From: an uncultured virus (IMG/VR IMGVR_UViG_3300029258_001230)
Taxonomy: Duplodnaviria > Heunggongvirae > Uroviricota > Caudoviricetes
IMG/VR virus record: IMGVR_UViG_3300029258_001230
DNA: 64,000 nt
Reading direction: 5' to 3' (one strand)
A program made the translations under genes and the position numbers. The notes under the pieces were generated by a model that ran no database searches, was not told the origin of the DNA, and saw nothing but the letters and a program-made list of their open reading frames with translations. Positions 43,754 through 53,767 of the stretch are shown here, piece after piece (the stretch's first letter is position 1; every line of letters starts with the position of its first letter).

Positions 43754-44344
43754 ATGAGTAAAAAGAAAGCAGGTTTAGCATTTTTAATCGGAGGTGGTGT
43801 TTTGCTTTTAGGCGGAATCGCTTACATGATGTTTAAGAAGGAAGACGGTCAGAATGATGTAGAGTCTTCCGACACAGAAGGTGCTGAGTTGAAACCAGAG
43901 GATATTTGTGCAGGGGAAGATAACTGGAAAGCAAGAGGTGCTTTAACTAAAGGTCTGTATATCCCAGAAGGTCATATTAAAAGATACCCCGATCAAACTG
44001 ATTGCGAATTGTTAGGATGGATGTATGAACTTAAATATGGGTCAGGCGATAGTTGGGCTAAGGATTACAGTTTGCAAAAGCTAGTTGAAACAGCAGAGTG
44101 GCAATGGTGGAATGAAAAGTTTGGTAAAGAGGCTTTAGAAAGTCAAATACAAGATTTCAATGATTGGAAGTCAGGAGTTAGATGTCCTAGCGGTTGGGAG
44201 CGTTACGCCGATTCAGCTTGCCGTAAAAAAATAGGCAGGAATGTAGACACAGGGGTTAGTGTTTATGATTATTGTGCGTTGTATGGCAATAAAGATAAGC
44301 CTCTTTGTGAAGGAATAGATAAAAGAAGATATTCACCTAAATAA
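43754..44344 (+). CDS. membrane protein, paralog of 43380 with Cys-rich extension
   Basis: KARGALTKGLYIP...QTDCELLGWMYELK...SWA...KLVETAEWQ. Confidence 0.75.
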   Translation: MSKKKAGLAFLIGGGVLLLGGIAYMMFKKEDGQNDVESSDTEGAELKPEDICAGEDNWKARGALTKGLYIPEGHIKRYPDQTDCELLGWMYELKYGSGDSWAKDYSLQKLVETAEWQWWNEKFGKEALESQIQDFNDWKSGVRCPSGWERYADSACRKKIGRNVDTGVSVYDYCALYGNKDKPLCEGIDKRRYSPK

Positions 44345-44350
44345 GATTTT

Positions 44351-44707
44351 ATGTTTAGTAATTATAACGGAATTGATAGAGAGCTTTTAGCAAATGTAAA
44401 CACTAAGTTGGACACGCCTGAAACTTACAGTAGAGATGTGGTAAGTAGAGAGGTTAGCGGTCAAGGGATGACTATTGAAGATTTAGATAGGGCTAATGAT
44501 GTTCAAAGAGCAGAAGATTTAGAGAATCATAAAGCTAAACAAGAAGAATGGGAACTTCGTGAAGACTTGTCTAGTGAAGATGGACAAACAATAGCATCTC
44601 CACCATCTGTCAGTAAGGGTTTAAAAAAAGAGTATATTCTGATAGGATTAGGTGTTTTAATTCTTGTAGCAGGAAGTATTTTTTATTTCAAAAAAAATAA
44701 GCAATGA
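44351..44707 (+). CDS. membrane protein (C-terminal TM)
   Basis: Starts MFSNYNG; terminal TM. Confidence 0.7.
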   Translation: MFSNYNGIDRELLANVNTKLDTPETYSRDVVSREVSGQGMTIEDLDRANDVQRAEDLENHKAKQEEWELREDLSSEDGQTIASPPSVSKGLKKEYILIGLGVLILVAGSIFYFKKNKQ

Positions 44708-44919
44708 ACTTAACCGATCGACTTTACAAAACATTTAAAGGACAAGAACCAACAAAAGTAAGTCCTAGAGTAAAGAACAAAAGATTGTTTAAATGCAAGA
44801 CTTGTCCGATTTACACTAAATTAGGAACGTGCGGAAATGGAGTAACAAAGGGGTGTGGTTGTATCGTTGATATGAAAACAGATTATTTAAACGAAAAATG
44901 TCCAGAAGGAAAATGGTAG
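44704..44919 (+). CDS. small Cys-rich protein (DUF6171-like)
   Basis: RLFKCKTCP...C...GCGC...K...CPEGKW. Confidence 0.6.
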   Translation: MNLTDRLYKTFKGQEPTKVSPRVKNKRLFKCKTCPIYTKLGTCGNGVTKGCGCIVDMKTDYLNEKCPEGKW

Positions 44920-45380
44920 AACAAGGGAGTAAAAAGTGTTTAGTAAATAAAGTGATTTCGTATAGACAAACGGGTGCTATTCAGTTTATGAAAGCATTAA
45001 AGTCTTTTGATTTTGTCGCTTTTGAAGGAGTTAAGTTTTCGGTTCTGAAAGGCGAGGTTATAGAGGTAGCCCCTTTTGATAAGGTAATCAGAGATTGTCA
45101 AGGCGAGTTACTTGAGGAATATAAAGTAATTAGGTTTAGAAAGGTAGCTACTGATGAATGGATTTCATTCAGAAAAGAAGTTGTTGAATCTTATTTAGAG
45201 TCCTATTTTACTGAGGCTACCGAATTAGAACACGATAAACAAACGTCTGAAAACTACGGGTTAAATAAAGAGTATAGGGTTATAAACGTTAAAAAAGTTG
45301 AAATTCCGTCCTACGTGTTTTTAGTAGTAGGATTAGGGATAGGTGTATTAAGTTATAAATTATTGAATAAAAACAAGTAG
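44898..45380 (+). CDS. membrane protein (C-terminal TM)
   Basis: Terminal VFLVVGLGIGVLSYKLL. Confidence 0.65.
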   Translation: MSRRKMVEQGSKKCLVNKVISYRQTGAIQFMKALKSFDFVAFEGVKFSVLKGEVIEVAPFDKVIRDCQGELLEEYKVIRFRKVATDEWISFRKEVVESYLESYFTEATELEHDKQTSENYGLNKEYRVINVKKVEIPSYVFLVVGLGIGVLSYKLLNKNK

Positions 45381-45382
45381 AT

Positions 45383-45694
45383 ATGATTCCAGAAGAAGAT
45401 TATAGTTATGCAGGAGGTGTTATAGCTTGTGCAGCTCTACATCCTTTAAACAAAAAAAAGAGAGAGGAATGTAAAGAAGATTGGCAGGCGGGGAAGGCTG
45501 ACACGTCTGGTGTTACAGAAGCCGAATTTATGGCAGAAATGATGAAAGAAAGAGAGGCTACAAGAAGGGCTGAATTAGCCTCTGATAAATGGTCTCCATT
45601 AGCTGTTACAGGGGTTGTCGCTGGTAGCATGATTTCACTAGCAGTAATGATTGCTATTATTGTAAAAGTTCGTAAAAAGAAAAAACAAAAGTAA
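45383..45694 (+). CDS. membrane protein (C-terminal TM)
   Basis: YSYAGG motif; TM followed by a poly-K tail. Confidence 0.7.
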   Translation: MIPEEDYSYAGGVIACAALHPLNKKKREECKEDWQAGKADTSGVTEAEFMAEMMKEREATRRAELASDKWSPLAVTGVVAGSMISLAVMIAIIVKVRKKKKQK

Positions 45695-46170
45695 TGAATA
45701 GGAAAACCGTTTTATTAGGTGTATTCGCATTAGGATTGGGTGCTTTATCTTTTTATGGATATAAGCAATACAAAGCCGTAAAGGGCGTTAAGTTTGAAGT
45801 TATTGGTTATCAAATCAAATCAATAAACTTACAGCAAACTGTTTTAGATTTAACACTTGCTTTTACGAATACAACTGATCTAGGTTTTGATGTTACTTCA
45901 TACTCTTTTGATATAAGAGGGAATGAGAAGTATGTAGGAAGTTCAGATTCTAAGGAATTAATTACAGTTGATGCAAATAAGGTGAACACCTTAAAAGCAG
46001 AAGTTGTCATTCCAAATAAGATTGCTTTGCAAAGTGCGAGTAAATCTATTGGAGAATCAGGTCTTAAAAATGTGTTGATAACGATTAAGGGAGGTGTGAA
46101 TGTCAAGAAAGGGATTTTGCCCTTTTATATTCCGATTAATTACTCATTTAAAATTAGTGATTTAGAGTAG
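45694..46170 (+). CDS. LEA_2/WHy-like domain membrane protein
   Basis: N-terminal TM; LTLAFTNTTDLGFDVTSYSFDI...YVG. Confidence 0.65.
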   Translation: MNRKTVLLGVFALGLGALSFYGYKQYKAVKGVKFEVIGYQIKSINLQQTVLDLTLAFTNTTDLGFDVTSYSFDIRGNEKYVGSSDSKELITVDANKVNTLKAEVVIPNKIALQSASKSIGESGLKNVLITIKGGVNVKKGILPFYIPINYSFKISDLE

Positions 46171-46227
46171 AAAAATTTTAAAAAAGGTTCGTAAATTTGT
46201 ATCGAATCAACTTTTAAAATTTTAGAT

Positions 46228-46647
46228 ATGAACGTAAGTAAATTAGTAGGAGATTACATTAAGAAGACAATTGATAGGTTGTCGAAAGAACATAAGGTAG
46301 AAAAAGAAGACATTTCTATCGTTATTGGTTCTAAAGTTAATGGAAGAGAAATAACGCCCTACTACTTTTATGCAAAAAACGGTGTTCCTGTGTCGAATGA
46401 AAACGGACTTGTGACATTGGATTTTGTTAGAGATATTTTAGGTAAGAAGATAGATATGTTAGGTTATGGAGCGATAACGGATAACTTTCTAAAAACTTAC
46501 TTTAGAACAATTGGACAAGAGTATGAGACAGAGCCGAATCATGTTTTTTTATTCTTATCCGATTTAGGAGAAAAAGAAATAACAGTTGGACTGTTTAAAA
46601 GTTCAGAATTAATAAGAACCATGAAACTTAGTGATGTGTTCGAGTAA
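46228..46647 (+). CDS. hypothetical protein
   Basis: 139 aa, preceded by TAAATTTG. Confidence 0.7.
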   Translation: MNVSKLVGDYIKKTIDRLSKEHKVEKEDISIVIGSKVNGREITPYYFYAKNGVPVSNENGLVTLDFVRDILGKKIDMLGYGAITDNFLKTYFRTIGQEYETEPNHVFLFLSDLGEKEITVGLFKSSELIRTMKLSDVFE

Positions 46648-46658
46648 ATGAATAAACT

Positions 46659-46934
46659 ATGGCTTTAGAATCAAATACTTTTACAAAGGCAATAACGAAT
46701 GATAGCCTGACTATTCAATCGGGATTCGGTGTTAGAAAGTTATCTATTTATAATGCTAGTGCCGTTACGGGGACGGTTACTGGTAACGCTACATTAGGAG
46801 ATCAAACATCTAGTGCTTTAGATATAGAAGAGGGAGAGTCTTTTACTATTATCGCTTCAAATGATAATCCAATTGCAGGTGTTACAATAACCGCTCCAGC
46901 TTCTTGTACTTTAAAGGTTTTAGCTGAAATATAA
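46659..46934 (+). CDS. small beta-rich structural protein (vertex/penton candidate)
   Basis: T/S/G-rich, beta-strand pattern; directly upstream of the spike. Confidence 0.45.
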   Translation: MALESNTFTKAITNDSLTIQSGFGVRKLSIYNASAVTGTVTGNATLGDQTSSALDIEEGESFTIIASNDNPIAGVTITAPASCTLKVLAEI

Positions 46935-46946
46935 ATTTGTAAAGGT

Positions 46947-48833
46947 ATGAATGTAGGGACAGGATTCGGGATAAATAAAGGTAATGCAGGGGGTGGAAGC
47001 ATAAGCGGAAGTGGAACTAATAACTATGTAGCAAGATGGACACCTGATGGAACTACATTGGGGGATTCTATTATACAAGATGATGGAACTTCTTTGGGAG
47101 TTAATTTCACACCATTTTCAAGTGCTTTATTATACTTGCAAGGAGATGGAACTTCTAATCACGGAACAACACTTTGGATTAAAGAAGCAACTACTGTAAC
47201 TGAGAGTACAACGGGATTACTTATTAATCAGAATGGAAGTAATGAGGCTAATACTAAAAAAGGGTCTGGTGTTACTGTTAGAAATGCAACCAACACTTCT
47301 ATTGCCTATGATGTAGATATTAATTCAAGTTCAGCTTCCTTATCGGTTGGTTTAAGAAATGATATTACAAATACAAGTGCTAATGGTACGATAGTTGGTG
47401 TTTTTAATACTGATTTGCAAAGTTCAGGTAGCGGTAATGTTATTTCTTCATTTACAAACATAACTAATCCAACAAGTGGTTTAGTTTATGGTAATTTTCA
47501 CGAAGTCACTTATAACGGAAGTAATACAGCAACGGCTGTTTATGGTTCTAGTTCTGAGATTTCAGTAGATGGTACGGCGGTTGTCGATAATTATTTTGGG
47601 CATAGTTCTATTTATGGAGAAACAACGAACGGAACAACGACAAACGTTTACCTATTTAGGGGTATAGGAGAATCGAATAACGCTACTAACTTATATGGTT
47701 TATATATTGATGTTTCAGGCACAGCAACTAATAAGTATGCAGTTACATTAATTGATGGAACAGAAGCAGACGGATATATTCTAAGTTCTGATGCGAATGG
47801 TAATGGTAGTTGGGCAGACCCTTCTACTTTGGTTGATACTATTTATACGGCTGATGGTAGTTTTAACAATGACAGAACGGTAGATTTAAGCGGTTATAGT
47901 TTAACCTTTAACAAAAATTACAATATAAATAAAGACTTTAGGGTAAATTCGTATCCTTACTCTGGCAGTTATAGCGACCCCTATTTTAATATTGACAGAT
48001 ACGGCGGTATTGATATTATGGGGTCTAACCCTACTACAAACAATGGTTATGCACTTTCCGTTAGCCGTTCAATAGGTACTTCAGATAAAGTTTTGGGAGT
48101 AGGTTTAAGAGGTGGCGGTATTTGGAACGGAATGCAAAGAGGCATATCTATTGGCGACCTTAATAATGCGACATGGCCTTTTGGCATGAGTTTTAACGAC
48201 GGAGAAATAAGATTTTCTAATGGCACTAATTTTACTGACGGGTGGAACGATGTTATTCAACATAGATTTAATTTAAAAGGCAATCCTATTGTAATTTTTA
48301 ACGAGCAAGGACTAGGAACTTTTACTGTTGGCGGAAATAGTAGAATTGGTTCAGAATCAATTTCATTACAAGGTCATACTCTAATCCAAGGTCAAGGAAA
48401 CACAAGTGGAACAACCGCTTTAGAGGTTGAGAATATAGATGGGGATAGCCTGTTAACCGTCTTAGATAATGGGAGGTCTTCCTTTATTAGTCAGGTGGGG
48501 TCAATTCAAGCAAGTGCTATTACTGTATCAGCAAATTCTGCTACCTTTGATGGAGATAAGGGTAATTCACAACCTTTAGATTTGACGAATGCGACTGGAG
48601 ATATAACATTAACTTTCACTAATTTAGAAGCAGGATTTACCTATTTTATCGAAGTAACTCAAAAAGCGAGTTCTCCAGTTGATATTGGAACTTATACTAT
48701 TGCAGGAGGTTCTGCTACATTCCCAAGTGGTACAGCTCCAGTAATTAGCACTGGTGCAAATGCGGTAGATACTTTAGTAGTTTATTACAATGGTACAGAC
48801 ATTCGTGTTAACTTCTCACAAAATTATTCATAA
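46947..48833 (+). CDS. spike/fiber receptor-binding protein
   Basis: 628 aa, T/S/N/G-rich; GSGTNNYVARW, GYILSSDANGNGSW and FPSGTAPVISTGANAVD motifs typical of fibers. Confidence 0.75.
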   Translation: MNVGTGFGINKGNAGGGSISGSGTNNYVARWTPDGTTLGDSIIQDDGTSLGVNFTPFSSALLYLQGDGTSNHGTTLWIKEATTVTESTTGLLINQNGSNEANTKKGSGVTVRNATNTSIAYDVDINSSSASLSVGLRNDITNTSANGTIVGVFNTDLQSSGSGNVISSFTNITNPTSGLVYGNFHEVTYNGSNTATAVYGSSSEISVDGTAVVDNYFGHSSIYGETTNGTTTNVYLFRGIGESNNATNLYGLYIDVSGTATNKYAVTLIDGTEADGYILSSDANGNGSWADPSTLVDTIYTADGSFNNDRTVDLSGYSLTFNKNYNINKDFRVNSYPYSGSYSDPYFNIDRYGGIDIMGSNPTTNNGYALSVSRSIGTSDKVLGVGLRGGGIWNGMQRGISIGDLNNATWPFGMSFNDGEIRFSNGTNFTDGWNDVIQHRFNLKGNPIVIFNEQGLGTFTVGGNSRIGSESISLQGHTLIQGQGNTSGTTALEVENIDGDSLLTVLDNGRSSFISQVGSIQASAITVSANSATFDGDKGNSQPLDLTNATGDITLTFTNLEAGFTYFIEVTQKASSPVDIGTYTIAGGSATFPSGTAPVISTGANAVDTLVVYYNGTDIRVNFSQNYS

Positions 48834-48850
48834 AATAAAATTCATATAAA

Positions 48851-49177
48851 ATGGCTTTAGAAATAACAGCAACAGAAACAGCTAAATTAACCGTACAAGG
48901 TACTTCAACAGAATTACCAAGTCTATACAGTAGATTATCTTGTCAAATGACAGAGGACGGTAAAACAATGAACACAAGGTTGTTTAACTACGGTGTAAAG
49001 CAAAATTACTTAGATGGGGAAACCTCTGTAAATATAGCTGAGTTAAATCCAAAATATGCTTTAGAAGTAGATACAGTAGGTGGAGAAACTCAAAGCATTA
49101 CATTGGCTAACCAAAAAATGAAAGCATTATTGGAAGCGAAAGGATATACGGTAGTAATTACTGATTTACCAAGCTAA
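48851..49177 (+). CDS. spike-associated protein
   Basis: Follows the spike gene. Confidence 0.55.
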   Translation: MALEITATETAKLTVQGTSTELPSLYSRLSCQMTEDGKTMNTRLFNYGVKQNYLDGETSVNIAELNPKYALEVDTVGGETQSITLANQKMKALLEAKGYTVVITDLPS

Positions 49178-49188
49178 AAAGTAGTTAT

Positions 49189-49797
49189 ATGCACATTGCA
49201 CAATTTATGAATCAAGGGTCACGGGGTGGCGGTGGCGGTAGCTGTACGGCTATAAAGTCTGATACTTTACAGATTGGGTCAGGAACGAGTAACGCATCCT
49301 ACGCCCCTGCTTATGGTCTTTACGATTATTCGTGGTATGGTGCTTTATGGGAGGCTTCTGAATTTACGGGTACTGCTGACGGAGAGATACAAATAACGGG
49401 ATTACAAGTAGAGGTTAGCGGTTATACACCAACTTATACCTATAACAATATGGAGATATGGTTGAGTGAAGTTACTGAGACAATCCTTTATGACCCACCT
49501 GCTGTTGATGGTACGGATATGACTAAAAGTAACGAGGTTCAGGTATATGTTGGAGATTTTACCATATCTTCAAATGGGTTTATAAACATAGACTTTGATA
49601 CTAACTATTGCTTTAGCGGTAATAACTCGCTATTTGTTGAGTTTAGAAATAAAGACGGAAGTTGGCAAAGTGGTTTTGGTAATGGAGAATATGAAGTAGA
49701 GATAAGCAAAGCAGGTTATAAAGCCACGGATAATGCGTACCCAACTGGTACGGGTTTAAGAACCAACGGAAGGATTAATACAATTTTTAAATATTAA
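49189..49797 (+). CDS. beta-sandwich spike/adhesin-like protein
   Basis: PAYGLYDYSW...IDFDTNYCFSGNNSLFVE resembles Bacteroidota adhesin-type modules. Confidence 0.5.
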   Translation: MHIAQFMNQGSRGGGGGSCTAIKSDTLQIGSGTSNASYAPAYGLYDYSWYGALWEASEFTGTADGEIQITGLQVEVSGYTPTYTYNNMEIWLSEVTETILYDPPAVDGTDMTKSNEVQVYVGDFTISSNGFINIDFDTNYCFSGNNSLFVEFRNKDGSWQSGFGNGEYEVEISKAGYKATDNAYPTGTGLRTNGRINTIFKY

Positions 49798-49799
49798 TT

Positions 49800-50033
49800 A
49801 TGAATTTTCAAGAACTAGAAACAGAATTATCAGTAATAGGCACAGTTGATTATTGCGGATATAATGGGGAGAATACAAACAGTATCATTATAGCTATAAG
49901 CGATTTTAACAATACTTCTAGTAATGTAAACGCTTATAACAATATAATCTCTAACAGAGTTGAACCAACGCATCCAAAAGTTGAAAACTTAACTATTCAC
50001 GGTAATATTATTAAAGCTGATTACAGAGCATAG
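49800..50033 (+). CDS. hypothetical protein
   Basis: 77-aa ORF in operon. Confidence 0.65.
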   Translation: MNFQELETELSVIGTVDYCGYNGENTNSIIIAISDFNNTSSNVNAYNNIISNRVEPTHPKVENLTIHGNIIKADYRA

Positions 50034-50741
50034 ATGAATGTTTATACTGAAATATTAAATCATCTTGAAGGAAACGTATTCCTATTATCATTTTCCATGA
50101 TAATAACAGGGGTTATAATGATCTTTTCGACATTCTTTAAAACAACTAAAGATGCTTGGATTGAAAGAATCAAGAGTGCTAAGTCAATAATAAGTATAGG
50201 TGGTTCAGAGAAATACACTATATCAGATTTAGAAAACCATAAGGTTTTTAGCAAGTTAGATAGGTTTAAAAAGTATAATAAGCGTTTTTTAACTCATGGA
50301 GAATATGACGAAACCAAAACTAAGGCTTTTAAGGTGTTTTTGGACTCAAAATTAGAGTCTACTAAGGATTGCATAAAGTATATTATTAAGCATTCAAATA
50401 ATAAAATGTCTAGGTTAGAGTTAAGGAACTTGATAGATACAGCTTTCTTGAACCATGATAAAGAGCTGGAACAAAAAATGATTTTGAAGTTCACGGGTGA
50501 CGGATTGAGTAAGTTGAATACAGCTATGTTAGTTGACAAATTCTTCTCCATAAGAGAATTAGCGATGGATAAGTATTCAGATGCTTTTGATGATGTTTTC
50601 TCTACTCCTACCTTTGATGATAACAAACATATTTTGAATGTAATATTCTTTTTGATACACATAGAGTCTCAGGATATAGTAGAAGCTTGTGTCGAAGCCT
50701 TTGAGTCTGTTAACGGGATTTTTAAAGACATTGAGTATTAA
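50034..50741 (+). CDS. membrane-anchored hypothetical protein
   Basis: N-terminal TM plus helical domain. Confidence 0.7.
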   Translation: MNVYTEILNHLEGNVFLLSFSMIITGVIMIFSTFFKTTKDAWIERIKSAKSIISIGGSEKYTISDLENHKVFSKLDRFKKYNKRFLTHGEYDETKTKAFKVFLDSKLESTKDCIKYIIKHSNNKMSRLELRNLIDTAFLNHDKELEQKMILKFTGDGLSKLNTAMLVDKFFSIRELAMDKYSDAFDDVFSTPTFDDNKHILNVIFFLIHIESQDIVEACVEAFESVNGIFKDIEY

Positions 50742-50792
50742 ATTTAGATTAATCTAAAAATGTGTGTAAATTTGTAGTATAGAAATTATTTT

Positions 50793-51317
50793 ATGAGGAA
50801 ATTAGTCGATCAGTTTATAAGAGAGTTTGGGTTTGACGGTTGGGGAGATTATATTGACAGTTCTTTTCAATGGATGATTAATCAAAAGATACTTTTGCTT
50901 TCAATAGGACTTGGAAGTGTTGGTGCTTATTTAGAAGAGTATTTAGGTTTAGAGCCTGTAGTTTATTTAGCTTTTATCGGGCTTTTGGTTATGGAGTTTT
51001 GGTCTGGGATTAAAGCTTCTATTAAAGAGGGTAAAAAAATCCAGTCAAATAAATTGCAACGAGTAATATTGAAAATGCTTACCTACACTACTTTAATAGG
51101 TATAATGCACATTTTTAACACTAGATTAAATACACCAAACATATTTGGGTTAAAGATTAAAATATTCTCATTCATATATTACACAACAATCAATTTAGTA
51201 GTAGTTCAGCTTATAGTTTCAGTCTTGGAAAATCTATCTAGGTTAGGGTATTCAGAAACAAGTAAAATATTTAAAATAATATCTTCCAAAATCAACAAGT
51301 GGACAGATATAAAGTAG
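50793..51317 (+). CDS. holin (phage holin family 4-like)
   Basis: 3-4 TM; EFWSGIKAS...IQSNKL...K...SVLENLSRLG. Confidence 0.7.
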   Translation: MRKLVDQFIREFGFDGWGDYIDSSFQWMINQKILLLSIGLGSVGAYLEEYLGLEPVVYLAFIGLLVMEFWSGIKASIKEGKKIQSNKLQRVILKMLTYTTLIGIMHIFNTRLNTPNIFGLKIKIFSFIYYTTINLVVVQLIVSVLENLSRLGYSETSKIFKIISSKINKWTDIK

Positions 51318-51338
51318 TAATCAATTAAACCAATATAC

Positions 51339-51752
51339 ATGAAAATTACAGTTACTTACCGAGATTTAATTAATGAGTTGAAACCATCTTTAGAATTGGT
51401 TTCAAAAAAGCAGTATCCATCAACAACGGATTTAGATCATTTGCTAAATATTGCAGATAATCTAAGAGAGGTTTCAGATAAAGCAAAGCTGTTTTGGGAA
51501 ACTAGAGAAAAAATCCTAAATGATTTAGCCGATAAAGACGAGAATGGTAATGCTATTCAGAAGCAGGATGAAAACGGAAATAGCTATTTAAGTCTTACTG
51601 ATGAGAGTAAAGAGTTATTCGGAAAAAGACTTACCGAACTAAATGACAAGAAAGTTAAGATTGAGATTAAGAAGTTGAAAAAGACAGATTTTAAGGGAGT
51701 TGATAATTTAACACCTTCTGAACTGTTTGGTTTGGCGTTAATTTTAGAATAG
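51339..51752 (+). CDS. hypothetical phage protein
   Basis: DKDENGN motif; ends LTPSELFGL. Confidence 0.65.
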   Translation: MKITVTYRDLINELKPSLELVSKKQYPSTTDLDHLLNIADNLREVSDKAKLFWETREKILNDLADKDENGNAIQKQDENGNSYLSLTDESKELFGKRLTELNDKKVKIEIKKLKKTDFKGVDNLTPSELFGLALILE

Positions 51753-51753
51753 T

Positions 51754-52248
51754 ATGATTGACTTTAAAAACATAACGGATGAAGAGGCTCTTTCTAAATT
51801 GAAAGAGTTCTTTTCTATCCATGAATTAGTAGATAAGGCTACCTATGATAAATATGGAGAAAGGGCTTGGGATTTCATGGATTTGCGCCTCGTTAGAAAC
51901 TTGTTGTTTATAAGGGTTAAATTAGGTAAGAGTATAACCGTTAATAATTGGAAATGGGGTGGTAGTCTTTCACAAAGAGGGTTACGGACTAATACTTCTT
52001 ATATAGTTAAAAAGAAAACTCAAAAAGACAGTATTTATCTTTCTGCTCATACTATGTTTAAAGCAGTTGATTTTGATGTGGACGGAATGACAGCAAACGA
52101 GGTTCGTGAGTGGATCGAATCCAATTCAGGGGAATTGCCTTATCCGTGTAGGTTAGAAAGAAAGTTAAATGGTAATTATATAACATGGGTTCACTTAGAT
52201 GTATATTACAATCCGTCTTTGCCAAAAGTATATTTATTTGATGTTTAA
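51754..52248 (+). CDS. peptidase M15-like endolysin
   Basis: RGLR...SAH...AVDF...WVHLD zinc-peptidase signature. Confidence 0.8.
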   Translation: MIDFKNITDEEALSKLKEFFSIHELVDKATYDKYGERAWDFMDLRLVRNLLFIRVKLGKSITVNNWKWGGSLSQRGLRTNTSYIVKKKTQKDSIYLSAHTMFKAVDFDVDGMTANEVREWIESNSGELPYPCRLERKLNGNYITWVHLDVYYNPSLPKVYLFDV

Positions 52249-52347
52249 ATGGTTGTCAAGACTTGTAATATTGTTAATGATATTTGTAGTTCCTTTTGGG
52301 ATACCAATGTTGGGTTTGTACGCAGTAATATTTAAAAGAAAAAATAA

Positions 52348-53088
52348 ATGGATTTTAACGAAACCACAGAATTAGTTATAGACACCTTAGAAGGAGGGTA
52401 TTATCATCCTGATATGCTAAAGGACGGGAGGGTTAAAGACTCTCGCTATGCTAATAGTGGGGAAACCATGTTTGGGATTGACAGGAAAGCTGGGGGGAGT
52501 ATTAACACAACCACTGCTGGTAAGCGGTTTTGGAATATCATTGATAATGCAAATGCTCGTTCAAATTGGAAATGGAACTACAAAGGCGGTAAACATGAGA
52601 ATAAACTGAAAGAATTGGTAGGTGAAATGATAAGACCTAGATATGAAAGCCTTGCTAACAAATATATGTCTCCTGAAACCAAAAAGATTGTTGATAAAGA
52701 CGATAAGTTAAGATTTCATTTTATATATGCCACTTGGAACGGTTCTGGTTGGTTTAGAAAGTTCGCAAAAGACATTAACGAAGCCGTAGATAGAGGTGTC
52801 AAGAACAGAGATGAACTACATGAGATAGCAATTAATTCTAGGACTAAAGAAGGATTGTCAGCTGGAAGTTCGCCAAACTCTTTAATATACCAAACTGGTA
52901 AAAAGATAGAGGGGTTATTCGAGGAATATGCTGATAAGTTTAGTCGATATGGTATTTTGGGTATTGCTAAATCATTTGCTTATAGCCCGTTGTCTTTTAT
53001 AAAGCGAAATAAATTAGCTGTTGCAGGTAGTGTAATGTTATTAACGACAGGGGTATTAACTATTTACTATTTTAAATCAAAAAAGTAA
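52348..53088 (+). CDS. GH108-like lysozyme with C-terminal membrane anchor
   Basis: LEGGY...GETMFGI; terminal TM LAVAGSVMLLTTGVLTIYYF. Confidence 0.7.
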   Translation: MDFNETTELVIDTLEGGYYHPDMLKDGRVKDSRYANSGETMFGIDRKAGGSINTTTAGKRFWNIIDNANARSNWKWNYKGGKHENKLKELVGEMIRPRYESLANKYMSPETKKIVDKDDKLRFHFIYATWNGSGWFRKFAKDINEAVDRGVKNRDELHEIAINSRTKEGLSAGSSPNSLIYQTGKKIEGLFEEYADKFSRYGILGIAKSFAYSPLSFIKRNKLAVAGSVMLLTTGVLTIYYFKSKK

Positions 53089-53426
53089 TGGGCAGGTTCA
53101 AGTACGTTATAATCACAATAGTTTGTTTGTTAGGAGTTTACTTTTTTATAAACTCTAAAAAAGAGCATAAATCAAAGTTAGAAGAAATTGAAAAAGCAAA
53201 AATTGAAATAGATAGCATTAAAAATGAGTCTTTAATTAGATCATATAAAATAGATTCTATCAAGTCAGTTAATGATAGCATTTCTTCCTTAATTAAGGAT
53301 TCTGAAAAAGAAGTGAAAATAATAACTAAAGAATATGAAAAGAAAATTATTAACGTTAGTAGCGTTTCTATTGATTCTAGTATCTCTTTCGTCTCAAAAC
53401 GACTATCCGAAATTAACCTTGATTAA
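53088..53426 (+). CDS. spanin-like membrane protein
   Basis: N-terminal TM plus coiled coil; in the lysis module and overlapping the next gene. Confidence 0.5.
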   Translation: MGRFKYVIITIVCLLGVYFFINSKKEHKSKLEEIEKAKIEIDSIKNESLIRSYKIDSIKSVNDSISSLIKDSEKEVKIITKEYEKKIINVSSVSIDSSISFVSKRLSEINLD

Positions 53427-53766
53427 TTCAGATACGTTAGTTTTGTTTGAGCCGAATAATGTCCGTAAGATGCACAAGGTGTTTTTACAGTTAGATAGCA
53501 CTATTGATGTAAACGAGAACATTAGAACAAGAAATGACTACTTAAACCAATCAGTAGTAAGCTTAAATCTTATCATAGAAGAGCAGGACTCTATAATTGG
53601 AAACAATAATAAGATATTTGGAAAGTTAGAGTCGTCTAACAAAAAACTGTTAGAAGTAAATAAAAAACAAGAAAAACATATAAATTTCCTAAAAAAAGTT
53701 AGAAATTTGTACGGAGGAGTTGGATTATTGTCGGGAGTGGTAATAACATTGTTAATAGTTAACTAA
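53335..53766 (+). CDS. spanin-like coiled-coil membrane protein
   Basis: Signal peptide, coiled coil, C-terminal TM. Confidence 0.5.
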   Translation: MKRKLLTLVAFLLILVSLSSQNDYPKLTLINSDTLVLFEPNNVRKMHKVFLQLDSTIDVNENIRTRNDYLNQSVVSLNLIIEEQDSIIGNNNKIFGKLESSNKKLLEVNKKQEKHINFLKKVRNLYGGVGLLSGVVITLLIVN

Positions 53767-53767
53767 T

